A stretch of DNA of 64,000 nt, taken from assembly GCA_964019425.1 (NCBI GenBank), contig OZ025796.1:1054001-1118000 (forward strand). The letters are read 5' to 3'. The notes under the pieces are model-generated. The model made no database searches, had not been told where the DNA came from, and saw nothing but the letters and a program-made list of their open reading frames with translations. The DNA comes from Flectonema sp. DT1601. Taxonomy: Eukaryota. Made by a program: the position numbers and the translations under genes. This document shows positions 11,656 to 23,047 of this stretch, one piece after another; the first letter of the stretch is position 1; each line of letters begins with the position of its first letter.

Positions 11656-14600
11656 CTACTCGGAACACACGATATCATTCACAAAGTCTAACGATAATGG
11701 CACATCTTCTTCATCAACAGTAGGTGACTCAGTTTTTGTGTCCTGTTTTGAAATTCAATTCGGATTGTCTTCACTCTTCAATAAATAAATATTTAATAAC
11801 AACAAACCTTAAACATGTCAAATATCGACAGCGGATCATTTCTTTTGTTAACTCTCTCCGGAGTACTAGTAATCGTCTGATCAATAAAAGGAGTACTGAA
11901 TAGAGAGCTTCCTCCACCAGTAGTACCCCAACCGTCTCCCCAAGTAGAACTGTTGGGTTTGCTGCTGTTGTTTCCCCAAGGATCATTTGTGGGCGGTTGT
12001 TGATTTGCTGGACTTTGAAACTGTTGTACGCTAGTCGCTGCTGTTCGCTGTTTTGTTTTTTGTTATTTAAAATCTGAAAAACAGAAATCAAAAATATCAA
12101 ACGCACACAGAGAGAAAACATACCAATTCGTTTACAAAGTCTGCTGATCCACCTCCTCCCTGAAAAAGACTAAATCCACCACTTGGCTGAGTAGTTACTA
12201 ATGGAGGAGGTGAAACCTGAGGCAATACTGGCTGTTGTTGTCTTGAATGATGTTGTTGATGATTATGCTGTTGCATCACTTGTTTTAGAAGGTGTTGCTG
12301 TTGCTGTTGCTGATGATGTTGATGTCCCTGAACTGGCCAACTGTTTTGCATTGGCTGCTGTTGACTTGGAGCGGTAGTAAACGCACTGGCAGGTTGTTGA
12401 AACTGGCGACCCATTTGCTGAGTTGTATGAATTACATTTTGTTGTTGCGACGGATGTACAAATTGCTGCTGAGGTAGAGGTGGAGGAGGAGGTTGCCTCA
12501 CCCAGAAGTCTCCAACATCAGATTGTCTCACAGCCTGAGTTACACCCAGTGGCTGAAAGGTGTCTTCATAATTTACTGGTAGTGAACAAGCTGTGAGCAA
12601 CTGTCCTGGTGGAGTTGGGTGTTTTATTTCTCCCTCAGGATGCCTTTGATGAACTTGCCACAGAGTATCACGTAGTTCTGCCGTTTCCCGTTCTCTCTTA
12701 GCTGCAGCAAGGGCGGCAGTTTTCTCACGGGCTGCTTCAGCCTTAAGGCGAGCTGCCTTTTCCTCCCGTCCTCTTCGTTCCCTCTCTCGCCTCTGGCGCT
12801 CAGCTTCTGTGCGTTCCTTTTCGGCTCTCTCTGCGTTTTTGCGGCGCTCCTCCCTTTCGCGTTCTTCCCGTTCACGTTTCTCCCGCTCTCGTTGCTTTTG
12901 CAATAAGAGTTTCTTCTCAGCTTCCTTGCGAATTTCTTCTTCTCGCTGAAGCTTGACTCTGCGCTTTTCCTCTTCCCTTTCTTGCTGGAGCTTCAGTGAT
13001 GCAGCACGTTCACTAGCTACTTGGAGTCGCTCTTCCTCTTCAAATCGAGCTTTCTCCTGTAGTTGTTTGCGTCGCTTTTCGTCAGCCAATCGCTGTTTCT
13101 CACGCTTCAATTCGCGATCGCGTTCCTTCGTGGCTCTTTTAACAGTTTTTGTGGGTACGTCTTGTAATTTCTCCTTTACAACAGGAGCCATATCTCCTTT
13201 ACTAGAACTAGTAATACTTGTATTAGTCAACATTGAGAGAGAAGACCCGTCAAGAATGCGTTCACTAGTTGGGGTGAGACTTCTGGCTTCTGAGGTGTAA
13301 TTAGTGTTGCTAGTGGCTGTATCTAATTTCTTACTTAGCGCTTGTTCAGTTAATTGATAAGCAGACCCTGCGCTAGTAGGACTCGCTTCGGAGCTCGCAG
13401 GAGATCTTTCTTCTGGTGTTGCAGTTTGTAATAACGTAGAGACCTCAGACTCAGTAGATTCAGTCTTCAATCGAATCTCTTCTCTACTTTCTAACTGTAC
13501 TTGTTGTGGAGTAGGTGGAGTGGGTGGCTTAACAACGTCCTCAACTATTTCGTTTTTCAGTTGTGTTCGTTCAGTTATTTTGCTACTTTGAAATGCGAAT
13601 CCAGACATCCAAGTTATAATTGAATTCTTTGCTGCCACAAACACTGATAAGTCAACAATCGAAGCCGGTTCCTTATCGAAAAGCTCTACAGAAATAACGT
13701 GAGCGAAGAGTAATAATCCCAAGGCAAGCAACAGGATAATAGTAGCTGCGCGAAAACAGGTTTCAGACAGAGTATGAGGAACAGTATCGTAGTAGATGAG
13801 AAGAAGATCACGTGGTAAGAGTCCAACAACTCTGAACGTAAAGGTAGGACCTTCATCTGTTCCCAAGTGTAACACCGCACGAACTGTGTCAGAAGTAAAA
13901 TCAGGTGAAAATTTAAAAGCAATCGAACCTTGACCATCAGGAGGAAGAAACATCCGAACATTTCGAACTCCGCAATCTCTGAGAGTAATCCCCCGAACAT
14001 TATCACAAGAGTGACTACCATCAGCAAACCTTACATTAGAAGAACTATCATAAGCAGTCAACATCGCAGAAGTTATATTAATATGATGATTACCGCTATT
14101 CACAATATTAAATACTTTCGTAAACGATACTGGATCAGACATGTACTTACTAACTGCACCAGGAGCAGAGTAATCTTCAAAGTGTTGAGGTACAATATAA
14201 CTTGAGTTTAACCAAGACACTCCATGAAGAAATAATTTAAGGACAGACACAAAAGATATGAACTCGCCTCTCTGTCTTCCAGGAGGGCTCCACTTAGCAA
14301 AGCTTGTCTTGCTAGGGCGGATTTCCATCGTGTTGTTTTCACCGTTGGATGATTTTAGTATTAGGTTACCTTGTCCTCCACTTCCTTTAACGTGAACAGT
14401 TTCAATTCCTGATAGACTATTGCGAATAACGAATGCGGTCGTTACTTCTGAAAGTTTGGTCGCTTTGTAATAAATAGGTCCAAGAGAAATAACTTCTCCC
14501 GGTGATAATACAACTTTTCGTAATGCTTGTGAAGCAATACCAAACTCATTCTCATGAGTCCCCGGATCCGTCGTTATATTCAAACTGTTTTGTAACGCCA

Positions 14601-16965
14601 CCAATAACGGTATAGGAATATCACCCCACTTTATTATCTGTAAATGTAAATCCGTCCTTGACGGATTCATCACAGTTATGTATTGCTCAGAAGTGCTACC
14701 AACGGTAAGCCTGCCAAAGTCAATGTGTTTGCTGTGAATAATTTCTGCCTTTTCTGGAATAGACTTGACGTGCAGTTGTAAAGTCTTTTGAAAGAGTAAA
14801 GACGAATCAGTAATGACAATACTTATTACGGCTGAGATACTTTGCCCTGCAATTGAATTCGCAACCTGAACAGCTTTAAATAAATCAACGTCTTCATTTG
14901 ATAAGGTTTTGCGTCTGAATGCTGGTGATGTTTTTTCCTTTTTAAGACGTCTGTCGCTATCAACATCAACAGGGGAAACGATGACTCTCCCAATGTCAGT
15001 AACGGCTCCTGGGACAACTACTAACGAACCAGAAAGTTGAACTGTTACTCGAGGATCAGATATGGTGATGTTGTCAATTAGCATGGGATCTTGATGAGTA
15101 CTACTTATAAATATAGGAGCTTCTCCTGTTGACCCGAGTAGAACGTTATTTATCGTCAGTGGTTGGTGAATATTAATTTCCGACTGAGTCTCATGATTTA
15201 TGAATTTGGTCTCTCCATAAACACCAAGACAAGTCACGACCACTTCCATTACTTGGAATGGAGATACGATGATTACTTTATCTTTTGAAACTCCTTCAGT
15301 AGAGATATTAACTGATATGCTCACAGGAATCGTTTGCCGAGGTTGTAATTTTCTATCTGATCGTTGCAATGGACTGACCGTGGCTATCACTCCTTTCGTG
15401 ATGCTGATAATATTGATTGGAATCGGATTCGGGTTTCCCAATTCAATCTTCAAACTCTTTTCCGAAGGAATACTAACCATTCCTAAATTCACAACAGGCT
15501 TGGTAAACGCTTTCAATGCGAGTACACTAACATCTGAAGTTGTCGTAGTACCGGTACTAAGCGTTAGCTTTCCATGGTAGCTCTGCAGAGGTACTTTTAT
15601 TTGCGTTAAATTTGTTTGAATTGTTAAATTACCCGCAACGAATATTGAACTCGTTGGAAGATATTTTATTGTCGTAACCAGCTGACTTTCCCCAGGCATG
15701 ATAACTTTCCTTTTAATTCCTCCTACCAAAGTATAATAAATAGAAGACACCACAGCTCCAGTAACCTTCACCGGCACATTAAAATTATTAGTCAAGAACA
15801 AGTTAGCAGGTTTCGCTCTCTTCAAAGAATCACCTTGATTACTACACATAAACATTGTTGCATTTGAGTTGTATGTTATCGATCCAAAAAGCACCCTGGC
15901 ACGGAATGGAACTACAACTGATTTTACTGGGTTGTCCGGTGTTGAGTAATTTACAGTAATCTGACCGTTGTATGTTCCGGTGTAGGAAGCTGTGAATAAA
16001 AGAGTTGCGACCGAAGATGTGTGTCCGGGGGGAATGGTGGTAGAGTGAGATGATGTGATGAGCTGAATAGCTCTTTCATCATCTTCATCATCACTAATAA
16101 TATTTGAATGGTCTGTCCATGTTACTGATTCGATAGTCACCATTGAATCAGAGAATGTGTTTAACATTATAATACTTCTGCTGTGTACCTTTCCCACATC
16201 TGTCAGTGAACCCAAATCAATATTTTTCTTAACATGATATAATCCATTACTTGCGTATTCATACGACACTGGGATATCAATCGTGAAAAGATGATCTTCT
16301 TCAGTCAACTCGACCACATCTGACGATGATGAAGAATGCGAAGACAAGATTGGTTGTTTTAGTATTTCTAAAGTAATTAACCCTTCAGGAGCACCTGTGA
16401 ATATCGGCATAATGCTTGCCGAAGCAAAAACAGATTGCTGATGAGGAGAAAGCGACCAGCTACCAAGAGCTGTATTATTTAACAAGACGAATTGTGATTC
16501 AGTAGTACAACTAACAATTGTAAGTGAATGACTAGGATGAGGGTTATACAACATCATATTAGCTGTATACACCGAACCCTTTGGTATGATTGCTGAGATA
16601 GGTTGAACTCCGTAATTATTAGGAATTGCGTTCCCAACAACTTCGTATTGCGTAACACCAGATGCTGTCTCCACAGTAATAGTTCCCTCAGATAAACCAA
16701 GTTCTGTTGGTCTATACGTTATCAGAAGATTATGAGATGTAGTAAATCTAACATCAAATACAGAATCACCCATAACACTTAAAATCGACTCGCTGACTTT
16801 TACATTTTCCTCTCTGCTACTACAAAGTTCTGTTTCATTAAATATCAATCTCTCTGGAACTAGTTGCGGAGAACCAGAAGGATCTTTCACATTAGAATCT
16901 GACGATGTCTGACCCACCAAGGTCAACAATATTAATATTACCTTGACTGGTGGGGAGTACGTCAT
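11656..16965 (-). CDS. TMEM131-like membrane protein (signal peptide, Ig-like repeats, TM helix, charged coiled coil, Q-rich tail); introns 12048-12123 and 11743-11807
   Basis: N-terminal hydrophobic signal; NNYGVQP..LYNPH, LTNNFNVPV, NPNPIPI, IRNSLSG, FSPDFT motifs recalled from TMEM131 family. Two GT-AG introns give open 3' exons ending ...DIVCSE*. Confidence 0.75.
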
Positions 16966-17952
16966 GGAGTACTGCAGCCTGAAGGGAAGAAATTATATTT
17001 AGAAGGAAAAAAAAAATTCATTTTAAAATAATATATTCACCTGACACCTAAGTGGCACGTAAATTAACAACGCTAAGAGAATATCATTACATCCAGGTAA
17101 GAAGGGTAAGCAAACTGGTTCGTTCAGTATTTTCAAAAGGTTATAAAGAAAAAAAGGTGTTGAATAGTATGTCACAAAAAAAAAAAAAAAAAAAAAAAAA
17201 AACCGCAAAAACAACCATTCAGATTTGCCTTATATTTCGTTGACCGTGAGAAATAACGGTTTTTCAATCTGAATAGTTTTTTTTTTTTCTCCGGCTACGT
17301 CGGTACAAAAAGAAGAAAAAGAGGGCCAGGAAAAAGAATTTTTTTAATTCGGAGAGGAAGCTGGGCTAGGGTGGGAAATCAAGAGAGGTGCCAAACTACT
17401 GTCTGCACAACGAATTTATTCAGACAGATCAGTCTGATGACCCAAGAGATAATGTTTAATTTTTTGTTTGGAATGGAAACTAACAGTCCCTGAAAACAAA
17501 CAAAAAGAAAAGAGAAGCATATAAAACAAAGAAACATGTAAATTTATACTTACAATCAAAATACAGAGAAAACCTTATCCTCAAATCAAGATGACGAGGA
17601 GGAGTGCAGTTATACGGCTATCCTAACTATTTAAACAGATTTTTAAGAATTTATTTTAAAAAAAAAAAAAAAAATTAAATCTCATTCAACTGTTCGTGAC
17701 TGTTTCAAAAACAAGAACTCGAAAACAAAAAAAAAGAAGAATAAGAAAAAGAAAAAGAAAAAGGGAAAGCCAAACCAAGTGCACAGTCTCGTACCTCACC
17801 CCAGAAATAGCACCCCGATACTCGATTACTCCCATAAGTCTTATTAGTACTATGCTTATGGCACCTTTTTTTTTTTTTCCCCTAAGAAAATATCACACAA
17901 ATACCATCAAATCGTAATTGATATTTGCGGTTTTCAGAATACCTAACTCGGG

Positions 17953-18711
17953 CTAGCTGTTTGACGATGTACTACTTGCTGTTTCGTCTACATGTTCGAC
18001 CAGATGAAAGTCGTCATCTATTTTAACATAGTCAGAATAACACGAGTAGTCAGTGTCACTGTGAGAGTCAGTGTCCAGGTCGTTCTGTGATACTGTTGAG
18101 GAACTGCTCACGTATGATTGTTGAGATTGATCAAATAATGTTTGAATTACTAAACTCATTTTTTGACAACTAAACTTCGCAATCACAACCAAAAGTCCTG
18201 CGAACAGTAAATAACAAATCGAGGATAACAAAGTCTGAGATACATTCGGTTGTGATACGGCATCACATTGCACCTGAGATGGTGTTGTTGTTGTTGTTGT
18301 TGCTGCTTCTGTTTGTTTTTGTGTTATATTTTTAGTAAGCAGCTCACTCAAAGTCTCTACTTCGTGCAATGATCTTTCGACTCTGGTGTAGTCAAGAAAT
18401 GGATTGCTTTGATAATGAAATACGTCCTCACAGAAACATTTAATATGAGATTCCTGACGATATCTATTATCCCATTCGCTGTGTTCAGTTGGGTAGCTAT
18501 CTCCACGCAAGTCTAATACACCTGTCTCTCCATCAGTAGTTTCGTTAATCTCAAGGAATTCAGGGATGTGATTATTTTCAATCTTTATTTCATCCATCAC
18601 GCTGCCATCTAATACATTATCATCCTCTATTAATTCATCAGGGTTAATCAATACAAATAATGTGATGATTGTGAAGCACACCCCTAGACCCATTTTTCTA
18701 CAACAAGACAT
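17953..18711 (-). CDS. Hypothetical 252-aa protein with two hydrophobic (TM/signal) segments
   Basis: ATG-start ORF co-oriented with neighbours, preceded by TTTCCCTTTCCAACAG acceptor; no recognised motif. Confidence 0.65.
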   Translation of the reverse strand: MSCCRKMGLGVCFTIITLFVLINPDELIEDDNVLDGSVMDEIKIENNHIPEFLEINETTDGETGVLDLRGDSYPTEHSEWDNRYRQESHIKCFCEDVFHYQSNPFLDYTRVERSLHEVETLSELLTKNITQKQTEAATTTTTTPSQVQCDAVSQPNVSQTLLSSICYLLFAGLLVVIAKFSCQKMSLVIQTLFDQSQQSYVSSSSTVSQNDLDTDSHSDTDYSCYSDYVKIDDDFHLVEHVDETASSTSSNS

Positions 18712-19866
18712 TCTTTGGAACCTGTTGGAAAGGGAAATTTTTTTTTTTTTTAAAACCTAATACATAACGCGAAATTAAAACAACCAGAATAAAACAAATA
18801 AATAGAAACTATTCTTCCAGTTTACATGCTGTGTAAGGTTAGGTTGGAGGAGGGCAAGGCATAATAGGGTAGGGAAATTATGTAATTAATGGTGTGTGCG
18901 AAAAGTAAAATCCTTCTTCCTTTTTTTTTTTTTTTCTTTTTTTAAATCCAGGGAAGAAAACACATGTTAGTTCAGTGTTGTATTTCGTTGTCCGCTAGAA
19001 TTCTGAGAACACCGGTAGTTCTTAAACGTGCCAGCTAGATACCAATTGCCTCCCGTCGCGTATCGTGTGGGAAGTCAAATAGTAGGAACGCTTATAAAAA
19101 GGAAAGGGGGGATTTTAAAATATTTTTGTTTTATACAGAAATGTTTTTTTTTTTTTTTTTTTTTTTTTTACTCCATCTACTGCTTCTTAGGGGAAAAGTG
19201 CAGCATTTCACTCTCCCGCTGAGCGTGAATTCTTTTTTTACCGAATGGCGGCGACAGCGTCCAGGAATTAATAGTACCATCTGTGTATGCACAGAAACTT
19301 AACAAGTAGAATCCCCAAAAAGTACACAGGACACTGCCCCAGTCGGTGCAGGCACATTTTTCTACAATCACAAGGGCAAGAAAGCAGAGCTACCCTACCT
19401 GTGGGGCAGCAGAGTGCACTAAAGCAGTCAAGGATGCAGGATGGACTCCACCGAGGGTGTAATATTTCCCTTTGAAGCCTCCCATCGTAAAATAAAACGA
19501 CGGTTTTAGATGCAAATTCAGACACAGATTTTCACCTGTGGGGTGGTTTCTTTACCTCGGTAAAAAAACTCACCCACCTCGCGAAATTCAGATATCTATT
19601 TAATCGATAGTTATTTTTTTTTTAAACAAATATTTCAGGAAGGTGTGCGTTAAAACGCAGGGCAAGCAATCCCAACTAGGCTGAACAGTTTACGAAATCG
19701 ACTATTAAATACAGCTTGTGGTAAACCTTTAGTAAAAAACAGTAGACAAAAAGAAGGTAAAAAGTAAAAAAGTAAAACGGATAGGGAATTTAATATAAAA
19801 ATAATAATTAAGAAGAATTCTTTTCCTTTCCTTTTTTTTTTTTTTTTTTTTTTCCAATTTGGTTTG

Positions 19867-22074
19867 TTATTTATTCATAATACTTCCTGACTCAGGAACA
19901 TCGACCCAACTACCGCCGAGGTCGCTGCAACTGCTTTCAGTGTCTGAGGAGGTTTCGGTTTCCGCAGTATCATCATCAGCTGTTCGTAAACTGTGCTTAA
20001 CTATGGGTAATAATGCAGCTGCATATGCTGCTTCCGTTATAGAAATCATGTCCTCAGTTAAGACCATTTCAGAAGGTAGCTTTGGATCGACAACTTGCGG
20101 AAAGCAAACATCAGAAATCTGATTCCGATTAGAACACTGGAAAGGTGACTTACACCCATCCGATGATCGAACGCTTGCTGTCATATTATTAAACATATCA
20201 CTTGATGTTGATGTAACGTTTGTTGGGTTCATTTCTTCTTCTTCTTCTTCCTCTTCCTCTTCTTGCATAATTCTGTTTTCAGTATCTGAGGTTGGATAAC
20301 CTGTTTGAAAACCATCATCATTTTGATATATAAACTCGTCGTTATTATTTAAGAAATCATGTCGACTAGTAAAAGGCTGGTCATTGTTTGTATAATCCTC
20401 AGGTACGAATTCATGAATAGGATCCTCAGACTTTAGAGATTGCGACGGATAGTTCTCAGACGCTATCGGTTGAGCAAGAGGTACATTACGAGTTGAGGAA
20501 AACATTCCACCTCCAAGGAATTCAGAAGTAGAACTAAGATTTGAAACCGGAGATCCCGATGGAGTTTTATTCGACTGACCTAAAAAACGTGGAGAAGGAG
20601 ATCTATCTCTTCCATCATGAAGGTCTAATAGGTGTAACTGTCTCATGGAAGCTGAATCCAAATCTGCTACCGTTTGTAAACGTTCATTAGAGTCTTGTTT
20701 TATTTCCGTATCCTCTTCAATCACGTCAGTAACATCAGCCAATGTAGATAAACCCATAGCACTTTGCTGAATAGCTCTATTTAAATCGTCCATCACTGAA
20801 GTATTAATGCCAAGCTCTCTGTGTGGGATTAAGTTGGGTAACCTTCTTAGTGATTTTTCTACACGATTTTGTGAACACAGAAACGACTCACTCTCCAGAT
20901 GTGCAGCATTATCTTCAACTGGTAAAAAGAAGTCTTCTCCATACGTCTCAATAGCGTCTCTCGTATTTTCATATTTATCACGTAAATGAAATGAAGCGAC
21001 AGACGTATCTACCGAAACTAGGGGAGTGCTAGACCTTGAGGGTAAGGATGATGGGCTTCTAGAATCTTGAACAGGGGAAGGTGCCATGCTACGTGCTATA
21101 GGCCCACCTGAACAAAACACGTCAACTTCTTCTAGTTGAGCTACCGGACTCACTGAATCACCTGGTACGAATTGAATACTCGATTCGCTCGAATAACAAA
21201 ACTTCTCCTCGTTAATGGACGCTTCAGCGAGAAGCATTTGCATCTCTGCAGCCATAGTTAAATGGATATCAGTAAGTGAATGACTAAATTCAGATAATAG
21301 TATTCGTGAGTAGTTATTATGTAACAGCGTGTGAAAGTCAGTAGACTCTTCAATTCGAAGGAAAGCATACGTAATTGCGTGACTTACTTCAGCGGTCTTC
21401 ACACCTTGAAGTGGCAAACCCGAACCACGGAGTACATAGTCCGCGACTACTAATGCTAAGCAAACAAGGGCAACCGATTCCTTGAAATAACGGGCAAGTG
21501 CGGCATCTTCAGAAGCTTTGCCCAACTTTTCGATCTCCTCCGCATGGAGCCTAGTGGCCTCGGCCTTGGCTGATGAGGCGTCGTAGTTACAACTTCTCAA
21601 GTCAATTTTCAACTCCTCCAGCTCTTCGTGCTTCATTGCTTCGATCTTGATTTCCGATACCTCCCGTGAGCAAGTACTTAATTTTTTTTCCAACCCCTCC
21701 AACTCTGCAAAATGGGATTCAGAAATCTCAATCATGGCTTTCGAGGCGGCTTCTGTTGCTTCTTGAGTAGAAGCTCTCAATGTTTTTTTCGTGTCCTCGA
21801 GTTCTTTTATGGCTCTTGAGGCTTCTTGAGTACAAGTTCTTAAGGTTTTTTCCTTGTCCTCGAGTTCTATGGAATTGGCTCTTGAGGCTTCTGTTTGCAT
21901 CCGTTTGCACGTGGACAGTTTATTAAGACATGACTTTTTCTCAGCAGACTCTAATTTTAGTCTCTTCTCTAGGCTCTTCTCTATCTCGGCACACTTTTCT
22001 TTGACTGAGAAGGTTGCGACACACCAGACAAACCAGACAAACAAGACAGAAGATATCTTCTGACACACACCCAT
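19867..22074 (-). CDS. Hypothetical 735-aa protein: signal/TM, coiled-coil with ~21-aa repeats, second TM, acidic disordered C-terminus
   Basis: Long ORF; repeats ELEDKEKTLRTCTQEASRA / ELEDTKKTLRASTQEATEA. Confidence 0.75.
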   Translation of the reverse strand: MGVCQKISSVLFVWFVWCVATFSVKEKCAEIEKSLEKRLKLESAEKKSCLNKLSTCKRMQTEASRANSIELEDKEKTLRTCTQEASRAIKELEDTKKTLRASTQEATEAASKAMIEISESHFAELEGLEKKLSTCSREVSEIKIEAMKHEELEELKIDLRSCNYDASSAKAEATRLHAEEIEKLGKASEDAALARYFKESVALVCLALVVADYVLRGSGLPLQGVKTAEVSHAITYAFLRIEESTDFHTLLHNNYSRILLSEFSHSLTDIHLTMAAEMQMLLAEASINEEKFCYSSESSIQFVPGDSVSPVAQLEEVDVFCSGGPIARSMAPSPVQDSRSPSSLPSRSSTPLVSVDTSVASFHLRDKYENTRDAIETYGEDFFLPVEDNAAHLESESFLCSQNRVEKSLRRLPNLIPHRELGINTSVMDDLNRAIQQSAMGLSTLADVTDVIEEDTEIKQDSNERLQTVADLDSASMRQLHLLDLHDGRDRSPSPRFLGQSNKTPSGSPVSNLSSTSEFLGGGMFSSTRNVPLAQPIASENYPSQSLKSEDPIHEFVPEDYTNNDQPFTSRHDFLNNNDEFIYQNDDGFQTGYPTSDTENRIMQEEEEEEEEEEMNPTNVTSTSSDMFNNMTASVRSSDGCKSPFQCSNRNQISDVCFPQVVDPKLPSEMVLTEDMISITEAAYAAALLPIVKHSLRTADDDTAETETSSDTESSCSDLGGSWVDVPESGSIMNK

Positions 22075-22159
22075 TTTTTATTAAACCGTGTCACGCGGCA
22101 AACTGGAAAGCAAAAAATTGTGATATATTAAAACTGCTGCGTTCAACGAAATAGATTGG

Positions 22160-22541
22160 TGCTCAGAATATAAAAAAGCAAAAGAGAGACAAGAAAGAAA
22201 AGAAGATTCTTTCCTTTCAGAGATTTTTTAAATGCTCGGAATGAAGAAACATAAAGTGAAAATACAGGAGGGATGTGACTAAATAAATAAGGTTTTTTTT
22301 CATGGCTCGTAGGTAACCCAGTGGTCTTTGGCCACCGTCCCTGTACTGATCCTTCGCTTTATATTAACTGTGTCTTGAGATTCCTATCCAGGGAAGTCCT
22401 CCAACGGACTCAGGGCAGTTGCGCTTGTTTTTACTTGTTTACTTTATCAAAAAATAAGAAGGGCAAGTCAGAATGAAGAAAAATAAAGTGGAAAGACAGG
22501 GGGAATGTGACTAAATAAATAAGGATTTTTTTCCTTTCAGA
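22160..22541. repeat. Degenerate ~70-bp direct repeats flanking the retroelement 3' end
   Basis: gaatgaagaa..ataaagtg..acagg..gtgactaaataaataagg at 22239-22300 and 22471-22532; ttcctttcaga at 22211 and 22531. Confidence 0.75.
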
Positions 22542-23047
22542 TTTTTTTTTTTTTTTTTTTTTTTTTTGATACTGGATACGTTGTGATTCAGAGAGGGTAA
22601 TTCTCTGTTCACTCGATATCCTGTTAATGAGCGGGGTAAGTTGACCCCAAAAGGTTCGTTCATAAATAGAAAGGAATACAATAGAGAAACATAAGACTGA
22701 GCTAGATTAGTCTAATGTGCAGCAAGAGTTACGTAAAAATATAATAAATTAATCAGCATAATAGTTACAACAGCATGGTTTGACAGGTTACTCAATAAAC
22801 CTTATTCTTTGAGTTGTTGACATGTTTCTAAATCCTCAGAGAGTACATCTAAATTACATCTACGCCTAATATTTTTCCCCTCATCAACAACTGTCAGCTC
22901 CATCATCAGCATTTCTTCGCATGAACCCATCTTCTGACTCAATCATTGAACCTTGTCGTGCAGCATGAATCAGCATCCATCAGCTCCTTGCTTGCATCAG
23001 AAAATTTTCACTTTGATTGTGTACAAATTACAGTGTTCCATACGAGT

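Noticed and set aside
10268..11668. Short F/K-rich ORFs in spacers (also 17-17.9, 39.8-43.5 and 58.1-58.5 kb)
   Set aside because: Translations of poly(A)/(T) tracts, mostly with non-ATG starts; no coding signal.
22390..22420. Hammerhead-like CTGA-GTCC..GGAC on the minus strand
   Set aside because: Lacks the complete CUGAnGA and GAAA core.
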